Notes: generated by a model from the letters alone, not told the origin. Counted from the first letter of the stretch, positions 38,275 through 48,226 are shown. The stretch is 64,000 nucleotides of DNA from Candidatus Hydrogenedentota bacterium (GCA_045863295.1 BTWA01000002.1:70399-134398); one strand, 5' to 3'. Translations and numbers: made by a program.

Positions 38275-38946
38275 ATGACGGCAACCTCCCAACATACCGT
38301 GCCATCCTTGCGTGTGACGGAAATCTACAAGAGCGTCCAGGGCGAATCGACGTGGGCGGGACTGCCCTGCATTTTTGTGCGATTGACGGGCTGCCCGTTG
38401 CGGTGCGTGTGGTGCGATACGGCATACGCCTTTCACGGCGGAACCACGATGACGGTCCCGAACGTGGTCGATCAATGCCTTGCGCTGGATTGCCCGTTGG
38501 TGGAGATTACCGGTGGCGAGCCGCTGGCCCAGAAACAATGCGGGGCGCTGGCGCAAGGGCTGCTGGACAACGGCTTGACCGTGTTGTGCGAAACCAGCGG
38601 ATCCTTTTCGCTGGACCGGCTGCCGAGGGCCGTTATCAAGATCATGGACTTGAAATGTCCGGACAGCGGGGAGGAAGCGCAGAACGATTGGGGCAATCTG
38701 GACCGGCTATCGCCTCACGACGAAGTGAAATTTGTGATCGCGTCACGCAAGGATTACGAATGGAGCCGGGACGTCGTTCGCACGCACCGGTTGAATGACC
38801 GTGTCCACGCGGTGCTCTTCTCGCCGGTGTTCGGATCGGTGGATCCGAAAGACATGGTGTCGTGGTTGTTGGAAGACCGGTTGCCGGTGCGTTTTCAGCT
38901 TCAGATGCACAAGTTCATTTGGCCGCCGGACATGAAAGGCGTGTAG
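38275..38946 (+). CDS. queE: 7-carboxy-7-deazaguanine synthase (radical SAM)
   Basis: EIYKSVQGES, RLTGCPLRCVWCDT, EITGGEP, QLQMHKFIW. Confidence 0.93.
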   Translation: MTATSQHTVPSLRVTEIYKSVQGESTWAGLPCIFVRLTGCPLRCVWCDTAYAFHGGTTMTVPNVVDQCLALDCPLVEITGGEPLAQKQCGALAQGLLDNGLTVLCETSGSFSLDRLPRAVIKIMDLKCPDSGEEAQNDWGNLDRLSPHDEVKFVIASRKDYEWSRDVVRTHRLNDRVHAVLFSPVFGSVDPKDMVSWLLEDRLPVRFQLQMHKFIWPPDMKGV

Positions 38947-38970
38947 CACGCGCAGCCTTTCACGGACCGC

Positions 38971-39678
38971 ATGGAATACGTGATGTTTGAATTGGTGAAA
39001 ACATTTCAGTTTGAAGCGGCGCACGAAAACACGCGCGGCTTGCACGGACACAGCTATCAAGCGGAGGTGCACGTGGCGGGCGAAGCCGATCCCGTGCACG
39101 CCTGGGTGTTGGACTATGGCGAGATTACCTATCGCTTCAAGCCGTTGTTCAATCAGCTCGATCACTATTTGCTGAACGGGGTCGAGGGCATGGACGATGT
39201 GTCGGCGTCGGGAGTCCGCACATGGATCCACGGCCGTCTTCAGCCGGAGATACCGTTGCTGAAAGACGTTCACGTGAACATCATCGGCGATTGCGCGTTT
39301 GTCCCGCGAACGCGCGAGGCATGGCCCGCGTTCCGGCTGCCCGCACGAACGGCGTTCACGTTTGAGGCGGCCCACTTTCTGCCGACGCTCGCCGAAACGC
39401 ACAAATGCCGGCGAATGCACGGACACAGTTTTCATGTGGAAATCGCGGCTGGCGATTCGGGAAACGTTGAAGCGATCGCCAAGGCGATCTACGATACCCT
39501 CGATCACACCTGCTTGAATACGCTGGCCGGCTTGGAGAACGCCACGTCGGAAATGCTGGCGGGCTGGATATGGCAGTGGATGGAAAAGCACGGCACGAGT
39601 CCGCGGGCCGTAGTCGTGGCGGAGACGTGCACGGCCCGATGCATGCATTTCGGGCCGTCAACCGGAAATCGACGATGA
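38971..39678 (+). CDS. queD: 6-carboxytetrahydropterin synthase, tandem two-domain form
   Basis: Two FEAAH...HGHS repeats; second domain has CRRMHGHSF, LDH..LN, NATSE. Confidence 0.85.
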   Translation: MEYVMFELVKTFQFEAAHENTRGLHGHSYQAEVHVAGEADPVHAWVLDYGEITYRFKPLFNQLDHYLLNGVEGMDDVSASGVRTWIHGRLQPEIPLLKDVHVNIIGDCAFVPRTREAWPAFRLPARTAFTFEAAHFLPTLAETHKCRRMHGHSFHVEIAAGDSGNVEAIAKAIYDTLDHTCLNTLAGLENATSEMLAGWIWQWMEKHGTSPRAVVVAETCTARCMHFGPSTGNRR

Positions 39679-40109
39679 ACGAGAACCCCCACCTTCGATC
39701 GCAATTTGCCGCGGAAGATCGCAGCGTCCCCTTCAAGGGCCCCGAGGCGATCGATACCGCCGTGTTGGAATGTTTTGAATACGAATACGCGGACAAGCCG
39801 GTGGGCGATCCGATGCAAATCGTCACCACGACCGACGAGTTCACGTCGGTGTGTCCGTTTTCCGGATTGCCGGATTTTGCGCGCGTTACGATCACCTATG
39901 TGCCGGATCGGGTTTGCCTGGAATTGCGCTCACTGAAATATTACCTGATGTCCTACAGGGATGTCGGCATTTGGTACGAACATCTCGTTAACCGGATGCT
40001 CGATGATTTGGTAAAAGCGGCCCAACCGAAAAGCATGGAAGTGGTGATTGCGTGCAATCCGCGAGGTGGACTGGCGAGCACGGTCCGGGCGAGCTATTCA
40101 AAACCGTAA
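39675..40109 (+). CDS. queF: NADPH-dependent preQ0 reductase (single-domain)
   Basis: EFTSVCPFSGLPDFA, ELRSLKYY QueF motif, PRGG. Confidence 0.9.
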   Translation: MNENPHLRSQFAAEDRSVPFKGPEAIDTAVLECFEYEYADKPVGDPMQIVTTTDEFTSVCPFSGLPDFARVTITYVPDRVCLELRSLKYYLMSYRDVGIWYEHLVNRMLDDLVKAAQPKSMEVVIACNPRGGLASTVRASYSKP

Positions 40110-40131
40110 GCCGCGCAAATGGAGGTGTACG

Positions 40132-40482
40132 ATGTCGGAACTCGCGAAAAAGGAATGCATCCCCTGCAAGGGCGGGGTGCCGCCGTTGAAGGGCCGGGAT
40201 CTCGTGGACATGCAGAAGATACTCGGCCATGATTGGCAAGTCGTTAATGAGCATCATCTTGAAAAAGCCTACAAGTTCAAGAACTTCGTCGATGCGCTCG
40301 CATTCACGAACAAGGTGGGCGAGATCGCCGAGGACCAGAACCACCACCCGGATATCCTGACCACCTGGGGCTTGACCAAGGTCACCATCTGGACGCACAA
40401 AATCGACGGACTGACCGAAAGCGATTTCATCTTCGCGGCAAAAGTCGAAGACGCCGCCGAACAGGCGCCTGTGGTACAATAG
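40132..40482 (+). CDS. phhB: Pterin-4-alpha-carbinolamine dehydratase
   Basis: CIPCKGG, NHHPDI, WTHKIDGLTESDFIFAAK; RBS GGAGG. Confidence 0.92.
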   Translation: MSELAKKECIPCKGGVPPLKGRDLVDMQKILGHDWQVVNEHHLEKAYKFKNFVDALAFTNKVGEIAEDQNHHPDILTTWGLTKVTIWTHKIDGLTESDFIFAAKVEDAAEQAPVVQ

Positions 40483-40515
40483 ATCCGGTTTTCAACCGGA
40501 AAGAAGTAAATTGCC

Positions 40516-40977
40516 ATGCCTTGCAGCGATGTCACCGAAATTATTCAAGTCACCATCGACGAAAACGACCGGCTGAAGGATTATTTTTTCAGCAAGCGCA
40601 CCTGCGGCCAAGGCGTCGGCGCGGGCAACTTGTTGCTCGCGTTCATGTCGAATTGGTCCATCGACGAAATCCTGCGCGCGGATGCGGAACACGTGATCGA
40701 CCACTATCCTTTCAGCGACGATATCGATACGGAACTGGAAGAGTTTCTCGTGCTGAAGCATTTCTTCGCGGTGCAATCCGTTTTAGAAGTGTTGACCGGA
40801 CGGGACGCGGGAGGAAAAGAGAGTTCGTGCGCCGCCGCCGAAATCGCCTATGAGGCCAACGGAGACATCATCATCACCGGCCAGATCGACGTGGATCTGG
40901 TGACTGAGAAGATCAAGGCCTGCGGCAACTGCAAAGGCTGCGGCAAATCGAAGAAAGAGAAGGTTGTATTCCACTGA
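40516..40977 (+). CDS. Hypothetical Cys-rich protein (possible Fe-S/metal binding)
   Basis: MPCSD, KRTCG, SSCA, C-terminal CGNCKGC. Confidence 0.65.
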   Translation: MPCSDVTEIIQVTIDENDRLKDYFFSKRTCGQGVGAGNLLLAFMSNWSIDEILRADAEHVIDHYPFSDDIDTELEEFLVLKHFFAVQSVLEVLTGRDAGGKESSCAAAEIAYEANGDIIITGQIDVDLVTEKIKACGNCKGCGKSKKEKVVFH

Positions 40978-41083
40978 CGTGACAGGGAGCAGCACGGGCC
41001 GCCTTCCATATCGCACAGACATCGGCAATATGAATATGCTTCCACGTTAGTTGAAGACGTAAGCAAAATCGGCACATGAAACA

Positions 41084-41116
41084 CAGCGCGGCCAAGGGTA
41101 CACCTTGGCCGCGCTG
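41084..41116. terminator. Hairpin between convergent genes (probable terminator)
   Basis: CAGCGCGGCCAAGG-gtaca-CCTTGGCCGCGCTG, 14-bp stem. Confidence 0.7.
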
Positions 41117-41139
41117 ATCTCTTTATTGAGGATTCCGGG

Positions 41140-42423
41140 TTACTCGCCGGTGCTCAACTTCTCCACCTGGGCGCGATAGCCGCCCTTGGATTGGTCGAAC
41201 AAGTAAATGACTAGAAACACGACAAAGATGACGACCGGCAATATCGCCCACACCTGGAGCGAACCCACGGGCCCGAATTTGTCGTTCAACGCGCCAATGG
41301 CCGGTCCCGCGAAGAACGTGGCAAAGCTGCCCGCGCCGCCCACCAAGGCCAATCCAAACGCGCCCGATTTCGGGCAGCGCTCGCTCACAATGCCCAGCAT
41401 CGTGGGCCACCAGAAACACACGCCGACATACAGCAGCGTCGCAGCCAGAAAGAACATGACTACACTGCCTTGGGCGGCAAATTTGAACAAGTACAGGCCT
41501 GCGGCGGCCAATGGAGCCGTGACGCAAATCAGCAATACGGGCGACATTTTGTGCACCGGCTTGCTGAAGAATTGCCTGAGGATATACATGAGTATGCTGC
41601 CCCACACGACCGCCAGGATGCCTTCCTTGCGTTGCATCACATCCTGATAAATATTGGAAATCCAGGCGCCGGGTCCAAGTTCGGTGGCGGCAGTGAAGAG
41701 CATGATGACAAGCAGCACGAGGAACAGCGGCCTGCTAAACGCCCCCACCACCATTTCACTAAAGGATAGTCCAGCGGCAACTCGTTCCGTTGCCGGGAAT
41801 TTCTCTTTGATAATCAAGAATAGATAGATTACCGACGGAATCAGCAAAAGGGCGGTTTTCGCTTGCCATCCCAAGCCGATATTGCTAAATAGATACGCGG
41901 CGAGACCGCCAATCACGATGCCACCGGGAAACCACGCGTGAAACAGCGTCAACTTGTGCGTTTTTTCGTCGGGGTAAAGGGTGGCAATCAGCGGGTTGCA
42001 AACCGCCTCCACAAGTCCGTTGCCTGCGCCCACGACGAAAGTCGCGAAGACCAGAACCCAGTAGTTCGGAGAAAATATGGTCAGTATGGCGCCGCCTACG
42101 TGGCAAAAGGCCGCCAGGCGAAGTAGCATGCCCATGCCGAATGCATCCACCATGGGACCGCCGAAAACGATGGTAAGGCCAAAGGAGAAAAAGGCAATGG
42201 TTCCGATGAGGCCCAAGCGTGCCTTCACGTGCGCTTCCGCCAGGGCCGCTTGTTCGTCGGTGGCTTCGACGCCGGCGAGATCGGTCTGCTGCACGTACGG
42301 TTCTACAAACTGCGTCTGAAAGTCGCCCATCGTGTCGCCCCGGATCGCAAAAGACATGGCAGTCGCGATGAGGGCGATGTTGCTTGCGATGAAGAGCCGC
42401 CTGCGATGCAATTCGTCGGTCAT
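41140..42423 (-). CDS. MFS transporter (sugar/FucP-like)
   Basis: About 12 TM helices; GNGLVEAVCNPLIATLYP, FHAWFPGG, WPTMLG. Confidence 0.88.
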   Translation of the reverse strand: MTDELHRRRLFIASNIALIATAMSFAIRGDTMGDFQTQFVEPYVQQTDLAGVEATDEQAALAEAHVKARLGLIGTIAFFSFGLTIVFGGPMVDAFGMGMLLRLAAFCHVGGAILTIFSPNYWVLVFATFVVGAGNGLVEAVCNPLIATLYPDEKTHKLTLFHAWFPGGIVIGGLAAYLFSNIGLGWQAKTALLLIPSVIYLFLIIKEKFPATERVAAGLSFSEMVVGAFSRPLFLVLLVIMLFTAATELGPGAWISNIYQDVMQRKEGILAVVWGSILMYILRQFFSKPVHKMSPVLLICVTAPLAAAGLYLFKFAAQGSVVMFFLAATLLYVGVCFWWPTMLGIVSERCPKSGAFGLALVGGAGSFATFFAGPAIGALNDKFGPVGSLQVWAILPVVIFVVFLVIYLFDQSKGGYRAQVEKLSTGE

Positions 42424-42710
42424 TACTCGATTCTCCCTCCCATCGCGACCGAGCGGCCCCGATACGCCCTAGCCCAAGCGCGCGGCAGACCAGACGGATG
42501 GATATTCGGTTCGATAGCTCCCTACGCGGAGGAGGCACTCCCCCCCTGCCCAAGACACCATCCTAATGGCTTAATCGATGATGGTCAAGAACTTGTACCG
42601 TCGGTCAAGACTCAGGCTCGGCGTTCGAGCGATCCGTGGAGGGCTTCGAATCCAATGTACGGCGGCCACACAGTTGAACGCGGGTTTTTTAGGTTCTATG
42701 ATCGGCCTCT

Positions 42711-45194
42711 ATGTCTACGCCGGTTTTGGAGCTGACCGACGTCCAGAAAAGCTTTGGGGGCGTGCCTGCCCTGAAGGGTGCGCGGCTTGAAGTCCGGGCG
42801 GGGGAAATACACGGACTCGTGGGCGAGAACGGGGCGGGCAAGAGCACGCTGATCAACATCGCCACGGGTGTGCTGCGTCCGGACGGCGGCGCGATGGCAC
42901 TTTCGGGTGAACCGTATGCCCCGGCCAATCCCCGGCAAGCGGCGGCCGCCGGCATTGCCGTGGTGCATCAGGAGGCGGACCTGTTCGGCCAACTCTCCAT
43001 CGCGGAGAACATGCTGCTGGGCCACGGCCTGGTGCGAAACCGTGCAGGGCTAATCCGGTGGCCGGCCACGAACCGGCGCGCGGAGGCCATGGTCCAGACC
43101 GTGGGCGAGACGTTTGACGTGCGCCAGCCGGCTCTAGGCCTTTCGGTGGCACGGCGGATGATGTCGGAAATCGCCGCCGCCGTGTCGCAACAGGGCAAGG
43201 TACTTTTTCTGGACGAGCCCACCTCCTCACTGACCCACAAAGAGTCGGCCAATCTGTTTGATCGCATTCGCGCGCTTAAGGCGGCCGGCGTGGCGATTGT
43301 TTATGTAAGCCACCGGCTCGAAGAAATCCTGGAATTGTGCGACCGCGTGACGATTATGCGCGACGGCCAGACCGTGGACACGCAGGACAAAGCGGACCTG
43401 ACCATGGATCGCATCGTCGCGGCGATGGTGGGCCGCGAGCCAGGCCAGATGTTTCATAAACGGCAAGTGGCGGCGGGAGACGTGCGGTTGACGGTGCGGT
43501 ACGCGACGGACGCACAGGGCGCGTTTCGCGATGTGAACATGACGGTACGGGCCGGGGAAATCGTCGGCCTGTACGGATTCGTCGGTGCGGGCCGGAGCGA
43601 ATTGGGCCAGGGTTTGTTTGGCTTGCGCATAATGAAGGGCGAGATTGAGATCGACGGCAAACCTTTTTCTCCGGGTTCTCCGCGCCGGGCGGTGAAGGCG
43701 GGCATCGCCTATTTACCCGAAGACAGGCTGGTGCAGGGGGTGTTTCGCAACCACGCCGTCCGGCGCAACGCGAGCATCGCCGCGCTGCCAAACCTGTCCG
43801 TGTTCTCCCTGATTCAATCCCGCCGGGAAAATGCCCTGGCGGAAAGCGTGCGGAGCGATATGCGCGTGCGGCTGGCGACGGTGGAACAGCCCATTGTTTC
43901 GCTGAGCGGCGGCAACCAGCAAAAGGTCGTGTTTGGACGCTGGCAAGCGACACAACCCAAGGTCTTTATCCTTGACGAGCCCACGCGCGGCGTGGACGTA
44001 GGCGCGAAAGCGGAGATCCACAAGCTTATCTGCGACTTGGCGGAGCAGGGCGCGGCCATTTTGATGATCAGTTCGGAATTGCCAGAGATCATGGCCATGA
44101 GCGATCGCGTCATCACGCTTTCGGAAGGCCGCCAAACCGGCGAATTCAACCCGCGCACCGACAGCCAGGAAACCCTTGCGGCGGCGGCGGTGCCGCGCTC
44201 GGGCGAGGTGGCCGCGCTCCCAGCCGAGAGCCGGGCGCACCGGGCGGGCGCGCGCATCCTGCAATTCCGCGAGTTGGGATTGCTCGCCTTCATCTTGATT
44301 CTGTCCGGGGGCATGGTGCTGACGCGGCCCGAACAATTCGCCACGAGCGAAAGCTTCTTTGAAGTGCTGGCGAGCGCGGCGCTGCCGGCAATTATGGCGC
44401 AAGGCGCAATGCTGATTATTTGCACGGGCGGCATCGATATTTCCGTGGGCTCGATGATGGGGCTTGCGGGGGCGCTGGCAGCCATGGCGGCGAAGAGCGG
44501 TTCGCCCCCGGCGGCGGCCATGGCGATCGCCGTGGGTTCCGCATGCGGAATGAGCCTGTTGAATGGCGGGCTCTCGATTCTGGCGCGCATTCATCCAATC
44601 ATCGTGACGCTGGCAGGCATCAGCATCTACCGGGGTGTTATGCGCATCGTCACGGACGGCCGCGAGATCATGAGCTTGCCCGAAACCTATCGCGCCCTCG
44701 CCGACGGCACGTTTCTGGGCATTCCCAAGATCTGCTATTACGTGGTGGCGGTGACAATCGTGACCCACGTGATTCTTCGCTACACGCTAACGGGCCGCCG
44801 CGTGCTGGCATTGGGTAACTCGGAGACGGCGGCGCGATTGATTGGGTTGTCCAAAGCCCGGTTGACGCTGTTTGTGTTCGCGTTTTCCGGTGTGCTGGTG
44901 GGGCTGGCGGCGGTGCTGGACGCCGCGTACTACGGCCAGGTGCAGGCCAACACGGGCCGAGGTATGGAATTGAATGCGATTGCCGCGGCGGTCATTGGCG
45001 GAACCAACATTCTGGGCGGGCGTGGATCGGCACTGGGCACGTTGCTGGGCGCCTTTCTCGTGGCGCTCTTGTCGAAAATGCTGATCCTGTTGCACATCAG
45101 TCCCTACTGGCAGGATTCGTTTGTCGGCGGCTTGATTCTGATCGCCGTGGTGTCGGACGTCATCTTCCAACGGATTCGCGGGGCACAGGCATGA
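42711..45194 (+). CDS. Sugar ABC transporter ATP-binding protein fused to a permease domain
   Basis: GENGAGKST, LSGGNQQK, DEPTRGVDVGAK, then GGIDISVG and AAVIGG..I.GG permease motifs. Confidence 0.88.
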   Translation: MSTPVLELTDVQKSFGGVPALKGARLEVRAGEIHGLVGENGAGKSTLINIATGVLRPDGGAMALSGEPYAPANPRQAAAAGIAVVHQEADLFGQLSIAENMLLGHGLVRNRAGLIRWPATNRRAEAMVQTVGETFDVRQPALGLSVARRMMSEIAAAVSQQGKVLFLDEPTSSLTHKESANLFDRIRALKAAGVAIVYVSHRLEEILELCDRVTIMRDGQTVDTQDKADLTMDRIVAAMVGREPGQMFHKRQVAAGDVRLTVRYATDAQGAFRDVNMTVRAGEIVGLYGFVGAGRSELGQGLFGLRIMKGEIEIDGKPFSPGSPRRAVKAGIAYLPEDRLVQGVFRNHAVRRNASIAALPNLSVFSLIQSRRENALAESVRSDMRVRLATVEQPIVSLSGGNQQKVVFGRWQATQPKVFILDEPTRGVDVGAKAEIHKLICDLAEQGAAILMISSELPEIMAMSDRVITLSEGRQTGEFNPRTDSQETLAAAAVPRSGEVAALPAESRAHRAGARILQFRELGLLAFILILSGGMVLTRPEQFATSESFFEVLASAALPAIMAQGAMLIICTGGIDISVGSMMGLAGALAAMAAKSGSPPAAAMAIAVGSACGMSLLNGGLSILARIHPIIVTLAGISIYRGVMRIVTDGREIMSLPETYRALADGTFLGIPKICYYVVAVTIVTHVILRYTLTGRRVLALGNSETAARLIGLSKARLTLFVFAFSGVLVGLAAVLDAAYYGQVQANTGRGMELNAIAAAVIGGTNILGGRGSALGTLLGAFLVALLSKMLILLHISPYWQDSFVGGLILIAVVSDVIFQRIRGAQA

Positions 45195-46177
45195 GCGTGA
45201 TCAAAGCCATCATCTTCAAGCGGGAAACGGCATTGGCCGTGGTGCTCTTCGCCCTGATTGCTGGATTTGGCTTGACGGTGGATGGGTTCCTGGATCCGTT
45301 CAGTATTTTCGAGCGCTCGCGATACTGGGTGGTGGCGGGTCTGATTGCCGTGCCGATGACGTTTGTCATAGCCACCGCCGGTATCGATCTGTCCGTGGGA
45401 TCGATCGTGGCGCTGAGCTCGATTGTCATGGGGATGCTGTATCGCGATGCGGGCGCGCCTATGTGGATCGCGGCAGTATGCGCGGTGCTGACGGGCATGG
45501 CCGCGGGCGCGATGAACGGCGGCGTGCTCGGGTTTGTGGGCGTGCCGCCGCTGGTTGTCACATTGGCGACGATGGCCCTGTTTCGCGGTCTGGCCATGGG
45601 CTTGAGTAAGGCCGATCCCATCAGCAGCTTTCCGCCAGGCTTCTTAAGTATCAGCCACGGCGATGCCTTTCAGATTCCCTTGGGCGGCCAGTATCCGGTC
45701 TTTTTTCCAGCGCCGCTGATACCCATGCTTGTGGCTTTTTTGATTGGCATGGTGTTGTTGCGCAAGTCGTGGGCCGGCCGGTACACCGAGGCCATCGGCG
45801 AGAACGAAACGGCGGCCCGGTTCGCCGCGATCGACGTGCGGTGGGTAAAAATGGCCATCTATACCGCCTGTGGCACGGTGTGCGGCATCGCCGCGCTGTT
45901 TCACACGGCGCTGTTCGCCACCGCCAAAGCCGATACGGCCGTGGGCTTGGAACTGGAGGTAATCGCGTGTGTCGTCGTGGGCGGAACGCGCATCAGCGGC
46001 GGCGACGCGTCCGTCTTTGGGTCGTTGCTTGGACTCTTGATCATCGGTATTCTACGGTACGGGCTTGATAAAGCGGGTGTCGAATCGCAAAACATCGTCA
46101 TTGTGGTGGGCCTGCTGCTTATCGCAACAGTGGTGTTCAATGAACGCATGGCACTTCGCCGGGGAGGACGGACATGA
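45191..46177 (+). CDS. Sugar ABC transporter permease (RbsC/RhaQ/LsrD-like)
   Basis: GIDLSVG, LVVTLA, ELEVIACVVVGG..ISGG. Confidence 0.9.
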   Translation: MSVIKAIIFKRETALAVVLFALIAGFGLTVDGFLDPFSIFERSRYWVVAGLIAVPMTFVIATAGIDLSVGSIVALSSIVMGMLYRDAGAPMWIAAVCAVLTGMAAGAMNGGVLGFVGVPPLVVTLATMALFRGLAMGLSKADPISSFPPGFLSISHGDAFQIPLGGQYPVFFPAPLIPMLVAFLIGMVLLRKSWAGRYTEAIGENETAARFAAIDVRWVKMAIYTACGTVCGIAALFHTALFATAKADTAVGLELEVIACVVVGGTRISGGDASVFGSLLGLLIIGILRYGLDKAGVESQNIVIVVGLLLIATVVFNERMALRRGGRT

Positions 46178-47214
46178 AACGGATTTTCAGTGCGCTGTTT
46201 TTGTGCGCGGCGCTGGTGTCGGGTTGCGGGGGGCAAACGGATCAGGCCGCGCCTGCGGCGGGCGGCGGTGAGGCGGCTCCTGCGGGCGAACCCGGAAAGA
46301 AACTCAAGATCGGGGTGATGCCAAAACTGACGTCCATCGCGTTCTTCCAGGCAACCGAAAAAGGCGCCCGGCAGGCGGCGGACGAATTGGGCATCGAATT
46401 GGTGTATGACGGACCGATGGAAGCCTCCGTGGAACAGCAGGTCCAGTTGCTCACCACGTGGATGACGGAAGGATTCGATGCCATCGCCGTCGCGCCCAAC
46501 GATCCCGATGCCATTACGCCCGTGCTGCAAAAGGCGAAGGCGCGTGGCATCAAAGTCATCACATGGGACGCGGACGCGCAACCGGACGCACGCGACTTTT
46601 TCGTGAACCAGTGCACCTCCGCCAGCGTGGCGAAATCAGTACTCGATCTGGTCGCCGAGGGCGCGGGGCCAAATGCGAAATACATTCAGGTGACAGGAAC
46701 CCTGACCGCCACCAATCAGAATATCTGGATGCAGGAGATTGAGAAGTACCGGCAGCAGGCGCACGCGACCATGACCAATCTGACGCCGACGCCCATCGCG
46801 CCCGGCGAGGATACGGCCAAAGCAACGCAGATGACGATAGACGCGCTGACGGCGTATCCGGATGCGAATGCAATCATTGCACTGACGTCCGTGGCGCTGC
46901 CCGGTGCAGCCGAAGCATTGCGCAAAACCGGCAAGGCATCCAGCATCACACTGATTGGGCTGTCCACGCCCAACACGATGAAGCAATACATTGCGGACGG
47001 CACGGTGAAGAAATTTGTGCTCTGGAATGCCGTGGATCTGGGCTATTTGGCGACTCAAGCCGCCGTGGCTTGCGCAAAGGGCGAACTGACACAGGACATG
47101 GCAACGTTTAGCGCCGGTCACATTGGCGAATGCAAGATTATTGAGAACCACGAGATCATTCTCGGCGATCCCATCATCTTCGACGAAAGCAATGTGAACA
47201 ATTTCGACTTCTAA
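46174..47214 (+). CDS. ABC substrate-binding lipoprotein (RhaS/LsrB-like)
   Basis: VSGC lipobox; MPKL...FF, DAIAVAPND, VITWDAD, LWNAVDLGY. Confidence 0.88.
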   Translation: MKRIFSALFLCAALVSGCGGQTDQAAPAAGGGEAAPAGEPGKKLKIGVMPKLTSIAFFQATEKGARQAADELGIELVYDGPMEASVEQQVQLLTTWMTEGFDAIAVAPNDPDAITPVLQKAKARGIKVITWDADAQPDARDFFVNQCTSASVAKSVLDLVAEGAGPNAKYIQVTGTLTATNQNIWMQEIEKYRQQAHATMTNLTPTPIAPGEDTAKATQMTIDALTAYPDANAIIALTSVALPGAAEALRKTGKASSITLIGLSTPNTMKQYIADGTVKKFVLWNAVDLGYLATQAAVACAKGELTQDMATFSAGHIGECKIIENHEIILGDPIIFDESNVNNFDF

Positions 47215-47258
47215 ACCGGCATGTACTTGGGCCCTGCGGCCAATGGGGGTCGCGGGGC

Positions 47259-48107
47259 CTATTCTTTTTCAAACAGGTCATCCATATCGTAGGCCGCCGT
47301 CCCCTTTGCATGATGCTCAGCAACATCAATCACCACGGGCTTGTCAAAACGGCTCTCGCGATACAAGTAGACAACCCCATTCTTCAGATCGCACACATTG
47401 GAATACAACGTGCCGCCATCCCGCTTGGTTTTGGGGTCATGGGTGCGAGGCACTGCAACAGCGTTCAACACATCCCGGCAGAACTCCGGCGTGACCGTGG
47501 CCTCGGGCGTGAGTTCCTTTTTCAAGGCAGCAAAACGGGGGCAGGGAAAATTCCCGCGTGACGGATCGGCAACCGCGAAATTCGTCACGCCGATGTAGTC
47601 CTTGGTTTTAGGAAACGACTTCAGTTCACCGTCCACCAACTCAACCACAGCGGCGGCGCCCGATCGATCGGCGATGAGAAAATGACCGCCATTCATGATC
47701 TTCAGGTTAAATTGACCGAGCCATGCAATGGCCTCCTCCACCGTGCCGCACTCCGCCAACATTCGATCGCCCATATTCTCCGGCGGCTTCGGCTTCTTGT
47801 CCTTGGGTTCTGGCTCTGGCGGGATGACGGCCGCATCGAAAAACAGCCCCACCTCATTCATGCCGCCCTGCGCGAAAGGCCGCGCCCGCTTCTTCTCCGC
47901 AAAGCCTACGCAGACCCGTCCATAGTCGCCGTTCTCGCCGGCAGTGATCCACAGCTTCGGCGTAACATCGAGATAGAAATCCTCGTTGTTCGCTGCGATT
48001 ACGGCGCCGTCTTTCGCCGCCACGAAAATAGTGCACGCACTTGCGGCGGACGCCGTCAACGCGCAGGAAACAAGATAAAGCAGCGTCTTTGAAAAGGGAA
48101 TTGGCAT
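47259..48107 (-). CDS. Secreted Ntn-hydrolase (choloylglycine hydrolase/C45-like)
   Basis: Signal peptide ending ASA followed by CTIF nucleophile; NNED, GGMNEVGL, ADRSG, TLYS. Confidence 0.8.
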   Translation of the reverse strand: MPIPFSKTLLYLVSCALTASAASACTIFVAAKDGAVIAANNEDFYLDVTPKLWITAGENGDYGRVCVGFAEKKRARPFAQGGMNEVGLFFDAAVIPPEPEPKDKKPKPPENMGDRMLAECGTVEEAIAWLGQFNLKIMNGGHFLIADRSGAAAVVELVDGELKSFPKTKDYIGVTNFAVADPSRGNFPCPRFAALKKELTPEATVTPEFCRDVLNAVAVPRTHDPKTKRDGGTLYSNVCDLKNGVVYLYRESRFDKPVVIDVAEHHAKGTAAYDMDDLFEKE

Positions 48108-48163
48108 CGTTTGTCCCCAATGACCGGGTCTGACCGCTGTGAGAATAGAAGCAAGTTGCGATC

Positions 48164-48208
48164 AAAAACAAAGAACCGGCGAAAACAGAAACCCGTTTCC
48201 GCCGGTTC
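48164..48208 (-). terminator. Rho-independent terminator of the tRNA
   Basis: GAACCGGCG...CGCCGGTTC stem with U-tract on the minus strand. Confidence 0.7.
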
Positions 48209-48226
48209 GCATGGGAAGAATGTAAA

